A stretch of 64,000 nt of DNA from Trypanosoma brucei (GCA_000002445.1 AL929603.2:864001-928000); one strand, 5' to 3'; positions 9,932 to 22,298 are shown, counted from the stretch's first letter. Translations and numbers: made by a program. Notes: generated by a model from the sequence alone, not told the origin.

Positions 9932-11212
9932 ATGCTTAAGGCCTGTTTGCCGCGGCACCTGCGCGTAACTCCGCTGTTACGCGTGTGGGCCGCTGAAGAG
10001 GATGATGCGAATGCTCCGCCAACTACATTTAAAAACGTCAAACCCGGCCGGTTGTTGCGACTTTGGAGACAAATACGCCAGCGCGCATGGGTTGCCTTCA
10101 CATGGGATGAAGAATGGACGAGTCCTGGAAGTGAGGGTTACTTGCATCAGCAACGACTTGAACAGGTTTGCTTTGCTCCTCTATCAGCATATGGTATGGT
10201 TCCGGGTTCCTACTGTGACCCATTGTTGTACAATACAAAAAATACCTCACCATTCCGCTGGCACGTAGCCAACACTTCATCAGATATCGTCGGTCACTGG
10301 TACATGGAGGCGGATGAAATATTTCGTATCAAAGACTGGCAACCGAAGAATCCCGATGACCCGACTGAGATGTTTCCCCGACCCCCACAACAGATTCTCA
10401 AGTGGGATGAAACCGTGGATGAACACGGCAACCGCACCTTCCGATACAAATATCGTTACGACTTTATGGGACCTACGGGTATGTGGGAGGCATACCCGCG
10501 TTACCCCTTTTCGCATCTTTATCTTAATGGACAAGATCATCATGGCAGGGCAGAGGGATACGGATTCAAGCAGGGTCATTTGTTACGCTGCAGTGAAGAG
10601 GAGGAAGAGGTGTTACGTCGCATCATGGAGGAGGAAGATAAGGAATGGGAGATGGTGAAGCGGACGGAAGTGGTGCAGGAGCCATGGTCGTATCCAGGCA
10701 AAATACGGCCTCAGGACTTTAATGGTGCAGTGGAGCGTGCCAAGGCAAGATTTAGGGAACAAATTAAGCAAGGAAAAGAGACGGATCCGAGTGAGGATCC
10801 AGATTATGATTTAGTGCAAGCAGGTGAATATGTGGAGCCTCGTGATGGACCACGTGCGGAATGGCGGCACTTGTGGACATCAAACAGAGCGAAGGGTGAG
10901 CCACTGCCATATCAGGTAACATTTAACGACGGTATCACTTTTGAGGACAATGAGGAGAAGCCACCTGTGCATCCGGCAAGTCATTACGAGGTGAAGCCGA
11001 AGGAGGCTCCGTACAAGAAATACGAGGAACAAGACACGAAAGAGGCGGACGAGAAACAAAAGAAACTCAAGGAGCAGTGGGAAAAGTCATTTGAAGAGTC
11101 CATTTCGCGACACGAGAAGACTGTTGGGGACGGTAAGACTAGCGGCGGTAACAGTGATAGTCGTAGCAGTGGCAGTGCTGCAGATAGCGGTGCCAAGGAA
11201 CCTCCCAAATAA
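9932..11212 (+). CDS. hypothetical protein, probable mitochondrial presequence, acidic/lysine-rich C-terminus
   Basis: 426-aa ORF. The N-terminus MLKACLPRHLRVTPLLRVW is Arg/Leu-rich with no acidic residues, which is presequence-like. The body is Trp/Tyr-rich and the tail is EK-rich. No family recognised. Confidence 0.75.
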   Translation: MLKACLPRHLRVTPLLRVWAAEEDDANAPPTTFKNVKPGRLLRLWRQIRQRAWVAFTWDEEWTSPGSEGYLHQQRLEQVCFAPLSAYGMVPGSYCDPLLYNTKNTSPFRWHVANTSSDIVGHWYMEADEIFRIKDWQPKNPDDPTEMFPRPPQQILKWDETVDEHGNRTFRYKYRYDFMGPTGMWEAYPRYPFSHLYLNGQDHHGRAEGYGFKQGHLLRCSEEEEEVLRRIMEEEDKEWEMVKRTEVVQEPWSYPGKIRPQDFNGAVERAKARFREQIKQGKETDPSEDPDYDLVQAGEYVEPRDGPRAEWRHLWTSNRAKGEPLPYQVTFNDGITFEDNEEKPPVHPASHYEVKPKEAPYKKYEEQDTKEADEKQKKLKEQWEKSFEESISRHEKTVGDGKTSGGNSDSRSSGSAADSGAKEPPK

Positions 11213-12434
11213 ATGGCGTGGTGTCTTTTTTCTTTTTTCTTTTTTCTTTTTTCCATATATATATATATATATAGCGTTGGGTGTTTAAGGAATCCAAATG
11301 AGGAGATGTTGTGTCTTTGCCTGTCTCTCTTTCTCTATCTGTGTCTGTGTGTGGAGGGAGGGAGGGATAGTTCGCACGGTGGAATAAATGAACAAAATCG
11401 AGTAGCAGTGCTGGAGGATGGGAGCCCTTTCTACTTTGTTTCCCGTAACTCAATTTCGAGGAAGGGATGCTGGAGGGACAAACTTCAGACCCGTAGTAGT
11501 ATGAACTAGTCGGATATGTGTGGGGCGGTGTAGAAAAGGGAAGAAGAAAGGAAAAAAGAAAAGGATGAGAAATGAGGAATGCTGAATGGAGGATTTGCCA
11601 CACGAATTTCATGTTTATGAAGTTGTACGGCCCACCCGTGTTTTCGAAGGGCCGTCCCATCTGTGGGTGAGTGGGGGACGTTCGGTGTTGGCATTAACCA
11701 CAAACGACTAGCACAGACGGCGTTGCACTGCTCTGATACCCGTAGTTTTTTGTTTTTTTGTTTTAAATTCGTGTTCTTCATTTACCATTGTGAGCGAACA
11801 CAGGGTCGAGGGAAAAAGGTCAATTGCCGGCAGTGGCGTGTATGCGGTTACGCTTGTAAATTTTTTGGTTCGTGTCGAATCATCACACGATAAATGTGCA
11901 AACTGTGCTATGTTGGGGAGCCGCCGATGTTCGTGTCGTGGCTGATGCTCAAAGAATGCAAATGCGTGCATTTGTTTATGGAGGATGAGGGGCGAAGATG
12001 GTGAGGCGTTGCACATGAGTGAGTGGGCGTTATGATGTTGTCACAGATGGCCCATGGTTATACGGTTTCTTTTCCTTTTCCTTTTTCTTTTGTGAAGAAA
12101 GGGAACCTTGGTGTTTGTGCGGCAGCTTCGGATAGCTTTGTCTCATTTCGCTTCCATCTTTCCTGAGTCCATTTTTATGCGTTTTTTGTTCTGTCGTTTC
12201 GCTTTCATATCCAGAAATTGGTTTCCTCCTTCTCCATTATCCTCCGTAGTCGCATGGTTCCTTTTTTTTTGCTTCTTTTTTTTTCTTTTCACGACTCGTC
12301 ACCTTCATGTGAGTAGTACGTTACGTTTATTGTTATTTCTCTGGGAGAAGAAAAGTGAACATTCGTATGGGGCGCCGCCTGTTTCCTTTTCAATTCATGC
12401 CTTTTTATCCTTTCTCTTTATTGCATAATAGGGA

Positions 12435-14804
12435 ATGGTAGGAGGATATTTACGTATGCCTCGTGATAACACAAGAAGCAGTCATTTAACTGATGTTGAA
12501 GAAGAGAGTTCAGCAGGGAGTGCCACCAAAAGGTGTAAACTTGAGGGGGGGAGCTGCGATGGTGATTCAAATATGGCCATTACCAGTGATGGCGTTGATG
12601 TCAACGTTGCTGATGGCTTGACTCTCATCCAATCATACATTTTATCTCCGACAAGCTCACGTTCTTTTTGGCATACGGGTGTTGCCGCTGTTTCCAGTAG
12701 TCGAGCAGGGGAAAATGACACGCCTCCAAATAATAGGGGGAATATGTTGGGTCCTCTTTCTGCAGTGGGTGCCAATAATAACCTTCTGCCGATGGTTCCA
12801 TCGGAGGAAGAGAATAGTGACGCCCCTCCTGATTGCGCCAGGAGTGCATGTAGTGGAAGCTTATGTGAGGGTGATGGGAATGAAGGTGTTGCAAGTGTGT
12901 CAGGTGGCGCAGTGCCGTCATCTGTGAACCTTTCATCTTCCTCTTCTTTAAAAGAGTGTACATCCGTATGTGTTGTTGATCACGCCGTCATGTGCAATAT
13001 TGTTCCACTGCTGCCTAAGAAACATCCGGAGTATGGGTTGGTCTTACAGATAGTGCCGCTGACACTGTGGCCACCACCCAAGGCTGAAGTTTCAGGTATC
13101 GGTTCTGAGGGAGGTGATTTAGGAAAGAGCTTGCAAACCACTGTTTCGTTTGCTTCGCAATTGCACAACGATTACTTATTGAGGTCAGATGTAACAGTCC
13201 TCCATCCACCCACTGACGCAGCTCAAGGTGTGATTGTGGAGTGGGTTTCCGGGGACATTGGATATACAGCAGACTCAAAGGGATTATGGGCAGAACAGCG
13301 TCTCTTTAGTCAGCGATATTACACCATGTCCCCTGTCGAACGGTTGGATATTCGACATAACGGTTGTAGTGACAACAACTATGGCAAAGATGACGCTGAA
13401 GTGCGATACACCGCACCACATCTCCCGCCAACTACACTGAGGGGCGCAGTACTGGAGCAACTTCGTCGTTTCCGTGTCAACCCCCGTTACGCTCCGACAT
13501 CTCTAACGAATGGTACGAGGAATAAGGAGTGGGTGCTTCTCTTCGCCCGTGTGATTGAGGTTGGGCAAGACTGCATTGCTCTTACAAGCCGTCTGATGAG
13601 AGCGTGGACGACTGCACCTTCGAGGGAGACTATTGCAATGTGTGATGTGTTGCTCGATGAAGTTATTCACATCGGTATCGCGCCGCAGCAGGAGCCACAT
13701 CGTCTTTCCCTCGTGTGCCCGTCTGTCGCACATCGCATTTTAGTCAGTCAGCACCGATGGATGAATGTCGACAAACGCACGGAGCTTTCGGTAGCAGGAT
13801 CAATGCAGGTGGTAGCAAGAGAGTTGCTAGAGGTGATCCTGCAAGCCATGCGTGGGACGCTGCGGCATCGCATTGCGCTGCAGTACGAACTGATACGACT
13901 TCTGCGGGCTAAGCCGTTAATGTTTGCCAATAACGAACTCGTTGTGCAATACAGCCGCTGGTACACCACCATTGCGCCACCTAATGTCATTCTACACGTG
14001 CTGGCGGGGAGCACAATCTTTAGTGGTGTGATGTCGCAACTGCATATTGTCTCAGGACGCGTTATGGCAAGATCTCAAGTGGAGCGGGTCTGTGGGAATG
14101 GTGGGGATGCTGCGTTGCAACACCACTGTGGCGGATCACTTCTGGATGATGACATGGAGGACAATGATGTCAGTGAGGACCCTCCTGCCAGTGATAACGA
14201 GCCTTCCAGGAAACGCGGGCGACCCCGTGATGAGGTTAAGAACAGATATGCTCCTGCTAACGGAGCCAACCACGATGGTAGTGATGACAACCATGATGAT
14301 AATGATAATGATAGTGATAGTGATGATAATGATGATAATGATGATGATAGTGATAGTGATGATGGTGAAGAGGGCGATGAATGCAGCGGTGAAGAGGAGG
14401 AGGGGACCGGGGACACTGAGAGTACCAATATTATCAGTGATAACCAAAACTATCAGAGGCATGATGTCTCGGCGTGGCTGAGGGCGATATCTGACAGTGC
14501 CGATAATATACCTCTCGTGGATTTGGTGTCAGTTCCATATGAGATGGATCTGCTCGATGAAGGTTTTGTTACCCGCTTCTGTGCTATTCTTAGAGGACAA
14601 GATCCCACCAACAATAAAGGTGGCGGTAGTTCTCATGGTGTTGGTGGAAGTGGGAGTGGCAGTGGCGCTGCCGGTTCCAGCCCCTCTGGGCACACCGGCT
14701 GCGATGAAGTGGCATTGTCTTGCGTGGCGTCATGGTTGAAACGCACGCGGTGCACAATGACCACAGCAGATTTGGAATCTTATGTGCGGAAACTAAGCCG
14801 ATAA
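12435..14804 (+). CDS. hypothetical protein with Asp/Asn/Ser trinucleotide-repeat acidic tract
   Basis: 789-aa ORF. An internal acidic low-complexity block (DDNHDDNDNDSDSDDNDDNDDDSDSDDGEEGDE) is encoded by a (GAT/AAT/AGT)n tract at about 14270-14400. A Gly/Ser tract follows near the C-terminus. No family recognised. Confidence 0.75.
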   Translation: MVGGYLRMPRDNTRSSHLTDVEEESSAGSATKRCKLEGGSCDGDSNMAITSDGVDVNVADGLTLIQSYILSPTSSRSFWHTGVAAVSSSRAGENDTPPNNRGNMLGPLSAVGANNNLLPMVPSEEENSDAPPDCARSACSGSLCEGDGNEGVASVSGGAVPSSVNLSSSSSLKECTSVCVVDHAVMCNIVPLLPKKHPEYGLVLQIVPLTLWPPPKAEVSGIGSEGGDLGKSLQTTVSFASQLHNDYLLRSDVTVLHPPTDAAQGVIVEWVSGDIGYTADSKGLWAEQRLFSQRYYTMSPVERLDIRHNGCSDNNYGKDDAEVRYTAPHLPPTTLRGAVLEQLRRFRVNPRYAPTSLTNGTRNKEWVLLFARVIEVGQDCIALTSRLMRAWTTAPSRETIAMCDVLLDEVIHIGIAPQQEPHRLSLVCPSVAHRILVSQHRWMNVDKRTELSVAGSMQVVARELLEVILQAMRGTLRHRIALQYELIRLLRAKPLMFANNELVVQYSRWYTTIAPPNVILHVLAGSTIFSGVMSQLHIVSGRVMARSQVERVCGNGGDAALQHHCGGSLLDDDMEDNDVSEDPPASDNEPSRKRGRPRDEVKNRYAPANGANHDGSDDNHDDNDNDSDSDDNDDNDDDSDSDDGEEGDECSGEEEEGTGDTESTNIISDNQNYQRHDVSAWLRAISDSADNIPLVDLVSVPYEMDLLDEGFVTRFCAILRGQDPTNNKGGGSSHGVGGSGSGSGAAGSSPSGHTGCDEVALSCVASWLKRTRCTMTTADLESYVRKLSR
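14270..14400 (+). repeat. coding (GAT/AAT/AGT)n trinucleotide tract encoding a D/N/S acidic run
   Basis: gatgataatgataatgatagtgatagtgatgataatgatgataatgatgatgatagtgatagtgatgatggtgaagagggcgatgaa inside the 789-aa ORF. Confidence 0.85.
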
Positions 14805-15411
14805 AGTTCTCCTTCAAATAGTTGCGGTGAATGAGCAACCACGACGCTGGAGGCAGAGAGGCGGTGGGGTTTCAGTATTCAGTGGATGTGTTGATGCCGC
14901 GTGGAGAGGTCTAATCCTTTTTCTTTTCGGTGTCTCGGTCTGTCTCTGTTTTTTCTTTCTTCCTCCCTCCCTCCCTCCCTCTCTTTCTTTCTTTCTTTCG
15001 TCTAGTGCGACTTGGGGCCTAAGGAAAGGGGAAGAAGGGGAAAATAAGCAGAAAACCACTATTGTTTTTTCTTTATTTTTTTCTTTTTCTTATCCTTTTC
15101 GTGGTGGTGGTGGTTGTGGTGGTGGTGATGTTTCCATCCAGTCTCGCCCCCGATTTTACTGAAGCCAGGGCGCAGTTGAAAGATAAAGAGAGGGAAGGAG
15201 ACCGTGTGCGTGTGTGGGGAAAACATTATTGCTGAGTACCTATACCATGCTCCAACATTCCCACATCTATACGCACAGACTTAAAAACTTGTTCACTTTT
15301 GCTTCCTTTTTTTTTTTCTCTTACCTTCACCCTTTCTGGCATTATTTATGATGGCTTCCTCTTCCTCTTCTTCCTTTTTCTTTCTTCATTCTCTGTTTTT
15401 CTGTGTTTTGT

Positions 15412-15414
<3 letters not shown>

Positions 15415-15448
<34 letters not shown>

Positions 15449-15460
15449 TTATTTATTTAT
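15415..15460. repeat. (TA)n followed by (ATTT)n microsatellite
   Basis: tatatatatatatatatatatatatatatatttatttatttatttat. The (TA)n run spans 15415-15444 and (ATTT)4 follows to 15460. Confidence 0.95.
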
Positions 15461-16595
15461 GTTGGTGTAGGGGTAAAGATATGACTGCAAGGCGCTCTAG
15501 AATGGGAGGAATTAGATGGGAATTTATATATATATATAGGAGTTACCGCAACAGAAAGGTTTCCAAATTTTTTTTCTTCTTTTTTTCTTCTAAAAAAAAA
15601 GAAGGAATATTCGGCATTTTCACATCCAACTTTCCACCAATGATGTATAATACTGTAATGTGATGTAATGTGATGTGTGTATTTGGGTGAGGGAAAGAGT
15701 ATTGTGAATACGGCTGCGCCTTGTCATTCGGTATTGCATTTTATTTGTATGTTAAGTTTTAAAAGGATACGGTCTAATAGTGTGTGTGGAATCACTCACT
15801 TATGATAGTGGTAATGCGAGAAAAATGTACGAAAAGGGACAGATGAATAACTGAACTTCTTATGTTATGAACATTGTACGATGCATGTTTTTGTATCATT
15901 ACCTCACATATGTTTATGCGTTAGTATACTTTTGTAAGAGTGTCTGCTTGTTTGGTTATTTGTGTGGAATATTGACGACATAAATCCACGGGACGGTTTG
16001 AAATTGCCATCATTACTGCAGTTGCTGTTACCTTTCGTTATTATTATGCTTCACCTTGTTTACTTTTTTTGTTAAGAAAGTACTTTCTTTTCTTTTCTTT
16101 TCTTCCGTTCTTTCTTTCTTCTTTTGTTTTGTCATTTTTTTTTCTTATCTTCATTGTTACCATGACGTTGTCAAGTTATTCCTCCTTACATATCCCCATA
16201 CATCATTATTATTACCATTATTTACTACTTTTACTATTACTAATATTGTTGTTATTATTTGAGTTGATTGATTTGATTTGTTTGTCCCTTCCCCCCCTTC
16301 CCGTTGCTGCAACTTTAGCTGAAGAATAAAGCAATAGCGGATTTGAAATTTGTGTATCGTGAAGGTATTAAACGTGTAATCTTCAGCAAATATACATTTG
16401 TGTGCATTTATTTGTTTAATTGAAGGGAACTGAAGGAAGGAGAGGCGGAAGGTTGAAATCGGGCCTCTTTTGTTTTTTTCCTTTCTTCTTCTTTCCTTTA
16501 TTCGAATCATTTCATTTGTATAATTTGCAATTGCCAATTAATCATACGATACCCATAATTAAGAAAAAAAGAAAAAGGAAGGAGAAACGAAAGGA

Positions 16596-16607
<12 letters not shown>

Positions 16608-16626
<19 letters not shown>
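16608..16626. repeat. (TA)n microsatellite
   Basis: atatatatatatatatatatatat, flanked by purine-rich (GGAAA-like) sequence. Confidence 0.9.
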
Positions 16627-16628
<2 letters not shown>

Positions 16629-17085
16629 AAAGACAAGAAACAGTTGAAGAAGAGAGGAAAGGTAAATATAAATAAAGGAAAGGGGACAAATCCGAAGGGT
16701 ACTTGGGAGTTTTGGTTGCCATTATTAGAAGTTTGAGGTGAAGTGTACGTGAATTTTAGTCATTTGGGCAATTGGAGAGTTTTGTGTGATTAAGTTGGCT
16801 CGTTGGTAACAAGAAGAAAAAAAGTGCATAAAAAAAGGGGCGACAACCGATATAAGAAAAAAAAAATTCATAATAATACGCGCAGTAAAAAAAACAAGGT
16901 GAGGCACTAGTAAAAAAAAAATAAAACGGGGAAGAAATCCTTAGAGAAGGGCGAAAGGAAGGAAGAGAGAAAGAGAGAGGACGGAAGGAAATAAATAATA
17001 ATAATAAAAAAGAAAGATCAAGAGCAAGAGCAAGAAGAAAAAAAGAAAAAGAGAAATCACCATATATAATAGGAAATAGAGGGAT

Positions 17086-19182
17086 ATGGAGAAGGTAGCA
17101 ACAACAGCGTCTACGGCAGCTTTAAGAAGAGGCATAAACAAAAAGGAGAAGGAAAAAGGGGAGGTAGTGGATGGAGGTTCTGCAAGGCGGAAAAAAGGCA
17201 TCAATGCAGTGGAGGGGGGACAATCTTTAGGTGATTCAGAAGCGCGTCAGCGTCAATTACTCTTGTCCCGGAAGGATGCGGTAACGCCAATACCTGAAGT
17301 GGCTCTCCGTATGTTCAACATCGCCATGGAGGATCTGTGCAACAAATACCTTCAGGATTATTACACTGCTGCTGGAAACCTGTTTCTTGTACACTCCCGA
17401 CGGCTGTCACCACAGACGAACGGGCCACGAAGCTCGCAACAGGTGCAATCACAACGACACCCTGAAAAAGTAATACAAAAAATCAGCAGCGTGCCAGTCA
17501 AAACCGCGAGCTCTGAAAGGCCTTCACAGGCGCCGTCAAGGGGGTGTTCGACGTCATTTAGAAGTTCGCGACTCTCAGCCGGTACTGCCGGGGCGGCAAC
17601 AATAACGAGAAGTAGCCAAAGCATTCCTCTAAGCATTAGGCGTCCAACAAGTCTGTTGTCAAGTTCCAAGGTGGCGCAATCCCGGAAAGACCGCAGCACT
17701 TGCCAGGGCGGTACCGGCACCACTGAAGATATTAATCACACTTCAGCCTCGAGAAATAAGGCCAGCCGGAGCGAATTCATGGACGCACGGACCACGGCTG
17801 TGAGTGACGAGAGGCAGCGAAGCCGATTGTTCACGATGTGTAGCGGGACGACCTCACCGAGCGCAGGGAACTCTTCGCGGCGGTGGACTGCTGCGGGTGC
17901 GGAGGCAAATCAGACTCATCCCTCCGGTGCCTCAAAAACCAGCGCCAATAGCCCCGCAAGTCCGGTGCCACGGATTCCAATCTCAAAGGTTTGGAAGGCA
18001 TCTGTCTCTAGCCGCACAGCGGATAGGCAATTAGAATCACCAGGTCGTCTCACAGAACCATTGCGCACACGCCTGTATGCAACGGACGCGGAAGTCTCTC
18101 CAGAACATCGCCGCCAGACTTCACCGAGCCTGCTGTCACGTAAACATCGTGAATCACGTGCTTCTGCGACGCCAGCGAAGCCGGAGCCACCTCTGAACGA
18201 ATCGTCGCGGCATCCGAGGGCATCTTCCGCCACCACGCCACGGATGTCGAGAGTTTCAGCGAGTAGCACTCCACAGTTTTCAAGGCGGTCGCTCGTGACA
18301 ACACCGCGCGTGCCTCACAGGCCTTCTGTGCGTCGTGCAGGTGAAAGTCCCCATACCTCCGTCTCCCGCCTAACCACTCCGAGGCAGTTACGGCCCTGTA
18401 CGCATTGCAGCGGGCGTGGAATTGAAGGTGGTATCATAGGTTTGGTTTCCTCCACCCGCTCCGCTGACTTGGCGAAGGAAAGTGTGGATTGCTCTACGGA
18501 GTACCGACTGGAGTGGTCCTGCACAAACAGTTGTGCTCAGAGTTACACTCAACAGACTTCTTCACAACGCCGAAGCACCGCCCTCGTTGGCCCCAACAGA
18601 AGTACGCTTACGGGTGTGTTTGAATGGCCTGTTGGGAGACACACCCCGCTTTCGCGACCGTACTCTCAAACTGCGGTACCTCGTGGCTCAATTACGCGTG
18701 ATGGAGGGTGTCCAACAACTGATGTGACGCCACCTTCCCCACTTGTGAGAAGTTTAACACTCATTTCAGAAAGTGTAAATGAAACTCCAGCGGAATATAT
18801 ATCACGGCATTTTTCTTCGTGCGTGATAAACTCAGTTCTTGAATGTGTTCGTGTGAAGATGGGCGGCAGGAAGTCCGACGAAGCGGATCCGAGAGCAGAT
18901 GAGCTCAATGGTAGTGATAGCAGTGACGATACGGATAAGATCGGTAATGGTGATGCAACAAATGATATTTCGTTGGGGCTTCAGAAAGGCGATCTTTTGC
19001 TTGAATGCAATGGACAGCCGCTATCGGGCGCAGCGTCTCTGCAGGAGATTATCAGGAAGGCGCTGCTTTGTGATAATAACACGGTGCTTTTGAGAGTCCT
19101 CCGTGGCGCTGACAGTATCGCGGTGCGTGAGACGTTGCTAAAGGACAGTTCTGCTGTTAGGATTGTTGAACCAGTGATGTGA
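17086..19182 (+). CDS. hypothetical Ser/Arg/Thr/Pro-rich protein with C-terminal PDZ-like domain
   Basis: 698-aa ORF. The central ~450 aa is low complexity (S, R, T, P). The C-terminal block ISLGLQKGDLLLECNGQPLSGAASLQEIIRKALLCDNNTVLLRVLRG follows the GD-hhh-VNG...L...h...h pattern of PDZ domains. Confidence 0.75.
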   Translation: MEKVATTASTAALRRGINKKEKEKGEVVDGGSARRKKGINAVEGGQSLGDSEARQRQLLLSRKDAVTPIPEVALRMFNIAMEDLCNKYLQDYYTAAGNLFLVHSRRLSPQTNGPRSSQQVQSQRHPEKVIQKISSVPVKTASSERPSQAPSRGCSTSFRSSRLSAGTAGAATITRSSQSIPLSIRRPTSLLSSSKVAQSRKDRSTCQGGTGTTEDINHTSASRNKASRSEFMDARTTAVSDERQRSRLFTMCSGTTSPSAGNSSRRWTAAGAEANQTHPSGASKTSANSPASPVPRIPISKVWKASVSSRTADRQLESPGRLTEPLRTRLYATDAEVSPEHRRQTSPSLLSRKHRESRASATPAKPEPPLNESSRHPRASSATTPRMSRVSASSTPQFSRRSLVTTPRVPHRPSVRRAGESPHTSVSRLTTPRQLRPCTHCSGRGIEGGIIGLVSSTRSADLAKESVDCSTEYRLEWSCTNSCAQSYTQQTSSQRRSTALVGPNRSTLTGVFEWPVGRHTPLSRPYSQTAVPRGSITRDGGCPTTDVTPPSPLVRSLTLISESVNETPAEYISRHFSSCVINSVLECVRVKMGGRKSDEADPRADELNGSDSSDDTDKIGNGDATNDISLGLQKGDLLLECNGQPLSGAASLQEIIRKALLCDNNTVLLRVLRGADSIAVRETLLKDSSAVRIVEPVM

Positions 19183-22100
19183 CAACCTCATCATTAAGTA
19201 AGTGATAAAAGGAGAAGGGGGGGGGAGGGAGGAAGGAGGGGAAGAAAAAAAAAAAGGGAGCTGGGGGAAAGGAGAGAAAACGCCAGATCGTATGTATATA
19301 TATATACTTATATATTTGTATGACACAGGTGTGAGCATTCGGGGGTAGCAGCATATGAGGGAATTTTAGTTACGTGTTTCGATGATAAAATGGATAAATT
19401 TCCCTCTCGCCCTCTCAACGTTATATTCCCTTGAGAGTAAACATATAGAGGTGTATGCACTCCTGTTACACATCTGGTTGGCTTGAATTGAGGTAACACA
19501 ACCATTCCCTACTGGTCGCTTCTTCTTTTTTTCTTTTTTTTGTTCATTTGTTGGATCATCATCATCTTAATTGCGACTACCAGGTAGCACGCAGGCGGTT
19601 ATTGACGGCTGTATTTTGTTTTTTTGTCGCTTTTTTTGTGTCTTTATTTACTCAACCAGTTGTTTTTTTTTTCACTCAACTGTTGTTATACGTATTGGAG
19701 ATGACCATTTGTGTTTAGGCGTGCTTATATTTGCGTGCATGCCTAACACATAACCTCAAGTAACTCATTATTGCAATGCTGAGAAATATGGAAACAAAAT
19801 TTATCAAGAAAACACTTCATATCTTTTTTTTATTTAAAATCTTCCGTAGCGGGTTCGGCTGCGTTGAAACCCCTCTTTTTTCTACTTCCTTTTTGTTGAA
19901 AATACGGGATACAATAGATTCTCCCCCTTATCCACGTGGATGATGTTTTGTGATTAAAAAAAAAATGAACATACTCATCAGCATTTTCTGAGGTTCTTCT
20001 TTTGTTGCTGTACTTCACTTCTGCCTCTTTTCCACATATCTTTTCATTTCCGTACAGGAATGAGGGTGAGCACATTAATATTATATAAACGCATGCACAT
20101 GCAGAAGCTTTTCCTTCTTTCCTCTTTCTTTTTTTTTTGTACACTATCTGTGGCTTCTACGTGGCGCTTTTGCTGCTGTACAATTCTTCATACTGCTCTT
20201 TTTATTCTATTTTGTTTCTTTCTACTATATATAATATCTATATATCTATATATCTAAATTTATATTTATTTATATATATATATATGTATGTGTATGTGTG
20301 TGTATGTGTTTGCTTGTGGTGGTGAGTCGTCTGAGGTGTAATGTGTGGTGTGAAGCCGAAGGTGTGTGAGCGGACTCTTCTCTCTCTTTTTGTTCTTTTT
20401 AAAGTTCAAGGTTCATTTTTGTATGCTGTCCGTTACATTTACCTTTGGTGAAAAAATTATTTATATTTATTTATATTTACTTCGATCTATCAATTTCAAT
20501 TGTCTACTTATCTCTACGTGTGGTTAGGCGGCGTAAAGGGAAATTAAAACCTGTCATATTTTCCATTCACTTCGCTGTTTACTTAACCCATGTATTTTTA
20601 TCACTCAAGTGCGCCGCCCGTGTGTTTGTGTTCCACGCGGTATTCGCTGTTCTTTCCTTTTTTTTTTTTTTCAGAAGTGTTTGGCAATTTGTTGAATCCC
20701 TCCGTTTAAATGTTGTTGAATGAAATGTTGCTCATGTCATGTCACGTCATGTTTCACACCTCTCCTTTTTTTTTTTTACACTTCCTTTTTATATCCGTAA
20801 TAAAGAGGAGAGGAGGGAGAAAAGTTAGCATGAGGATGCGGATAAAATGACACGACTGCATCAGGAAAAAAAGAACATAAAGGGAAATAAAAAGTGATGA
20901 AGGGGCAAAAGAAGAAAAAAAAAAGGAAGAGGAAAGAGAGCAAAAGAAAGCAGGGTATTTATTTATTTATATATATATTTATATGAAAACGAAAAAAAAA
21001 ATAATAAGAATGAGAATTATCACTTTGGAGAGGGGATGGAGGAGGGGAGGAGGGGTTTTGATTAGGCGTTTTTTTTATAAATAAATTAAATAACTTCCCT
21101 GTTTCTTTGCTTTACCCACCTCTTTTTCTTCTTTTTCTTTTCTCTCTTGTGTACCTTCCAAACAAACATAGTTTGGGTGCCGTTTTCCTTTTTTTTTTCC
21201 TTTTTTGTCCACATCAGCATATTTTTGCATTGTTGTGTGGATTTGTGGAGCGGGAAGAGTGTATTCTTTTTCTGTATCTCCTTTCTTTCTCACTGCGGTT
21301 AATAATTAATTCACTTCACTTCACTCCACTTCAATTTTTGTTTTTTTTTCTCTTTCTATTTCTCTTTTTGTCTCTCTCTCTCTCTCTTTTTTTTTTTTAA
21401 AACCTCTGTTTCTTTCCATATCTTCTCCTGTGATCCGTTGGACCAATTTGTTCCGTCCATTACGTTTTTTTCCTTTTTTTTCCCCTGCATGTTTGATTGT
21501 ATTTCCGTCTTTACTGTCGTTGCAGCATACCGTGAAGTTGTGATAACACGGGGCAAATGGAAGCCTCAACCCACGCATAAACATTAATAAAAAAAAAAAA
21601 AAGAGTACAAACCACACGAATAAAATGAACAAAAAAGTTTCAATAAATAAATATATTTAAATATATATAAATATTTCCAAAAAAAAAATAACGAAAAATG
21701 ATACATTAAGGGTGGATTGTGTCACTCACGCCGGAAGTGTGTTTGTGCGTTCATAAAAAGCTATGGACTCACGCGTGTTTGTGTGTGTGGAATGCATTAC
21801 TGTAATATGTGCTCTAAGGTGTATTGATACAGCACCTATCCTATCCTATTCTATTCTATTGTATCATTATTATTATTTTTGCATGTGTGTTTTCTTTCCT
21901 TTATTTATTTATATATTATTCATATTCATTTTGCCTCTACTTTCTATTAATATTCACACACAAGGTACCAACATCACCAAACGTGAAAACTGTCTACACA
22001 TCAACCAAAAACAGATCCCGAAATACAGGATTAGAAAGAAAACAAGGGATCGCAAGGGAGATCACTGACGAAAAGTGAAAACACTGAAGGGGTGGTGGGT

Positions 22101-22298
22101 GTTGGCAAAAGTAAGTAAAGGAAGATAAAGTAGAGAAAAGGAATAAACAGGTAAGTACACACACACACAAATACACAAATACACACATATATATTTATAT
22201 TCATCTAAGAGGCAGGAGAGTGACTTTTAGAGTAAGAGAAAGTGTACGTGGCGACCGGCCCAGCGGCGGTGTGGAGGGCTTTTGAAGGAAGTTAAGGT

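Noticed and set aside
16069-16329. Short + strand ORFs inside the long spacers (e.g. 2277-2606, 16056-16329, 20445-20723, 24174-24602, 33365-33642, 34445-34855, 37817-38287, 51845-52498).
   Set aside because: The translations are poly-Phe/Leu/Ile/Tyr strings produced by T-rich and (TA)n DNA. They show no codon periodicity and no flanking splice-signal logic, so they are not credible proteins.
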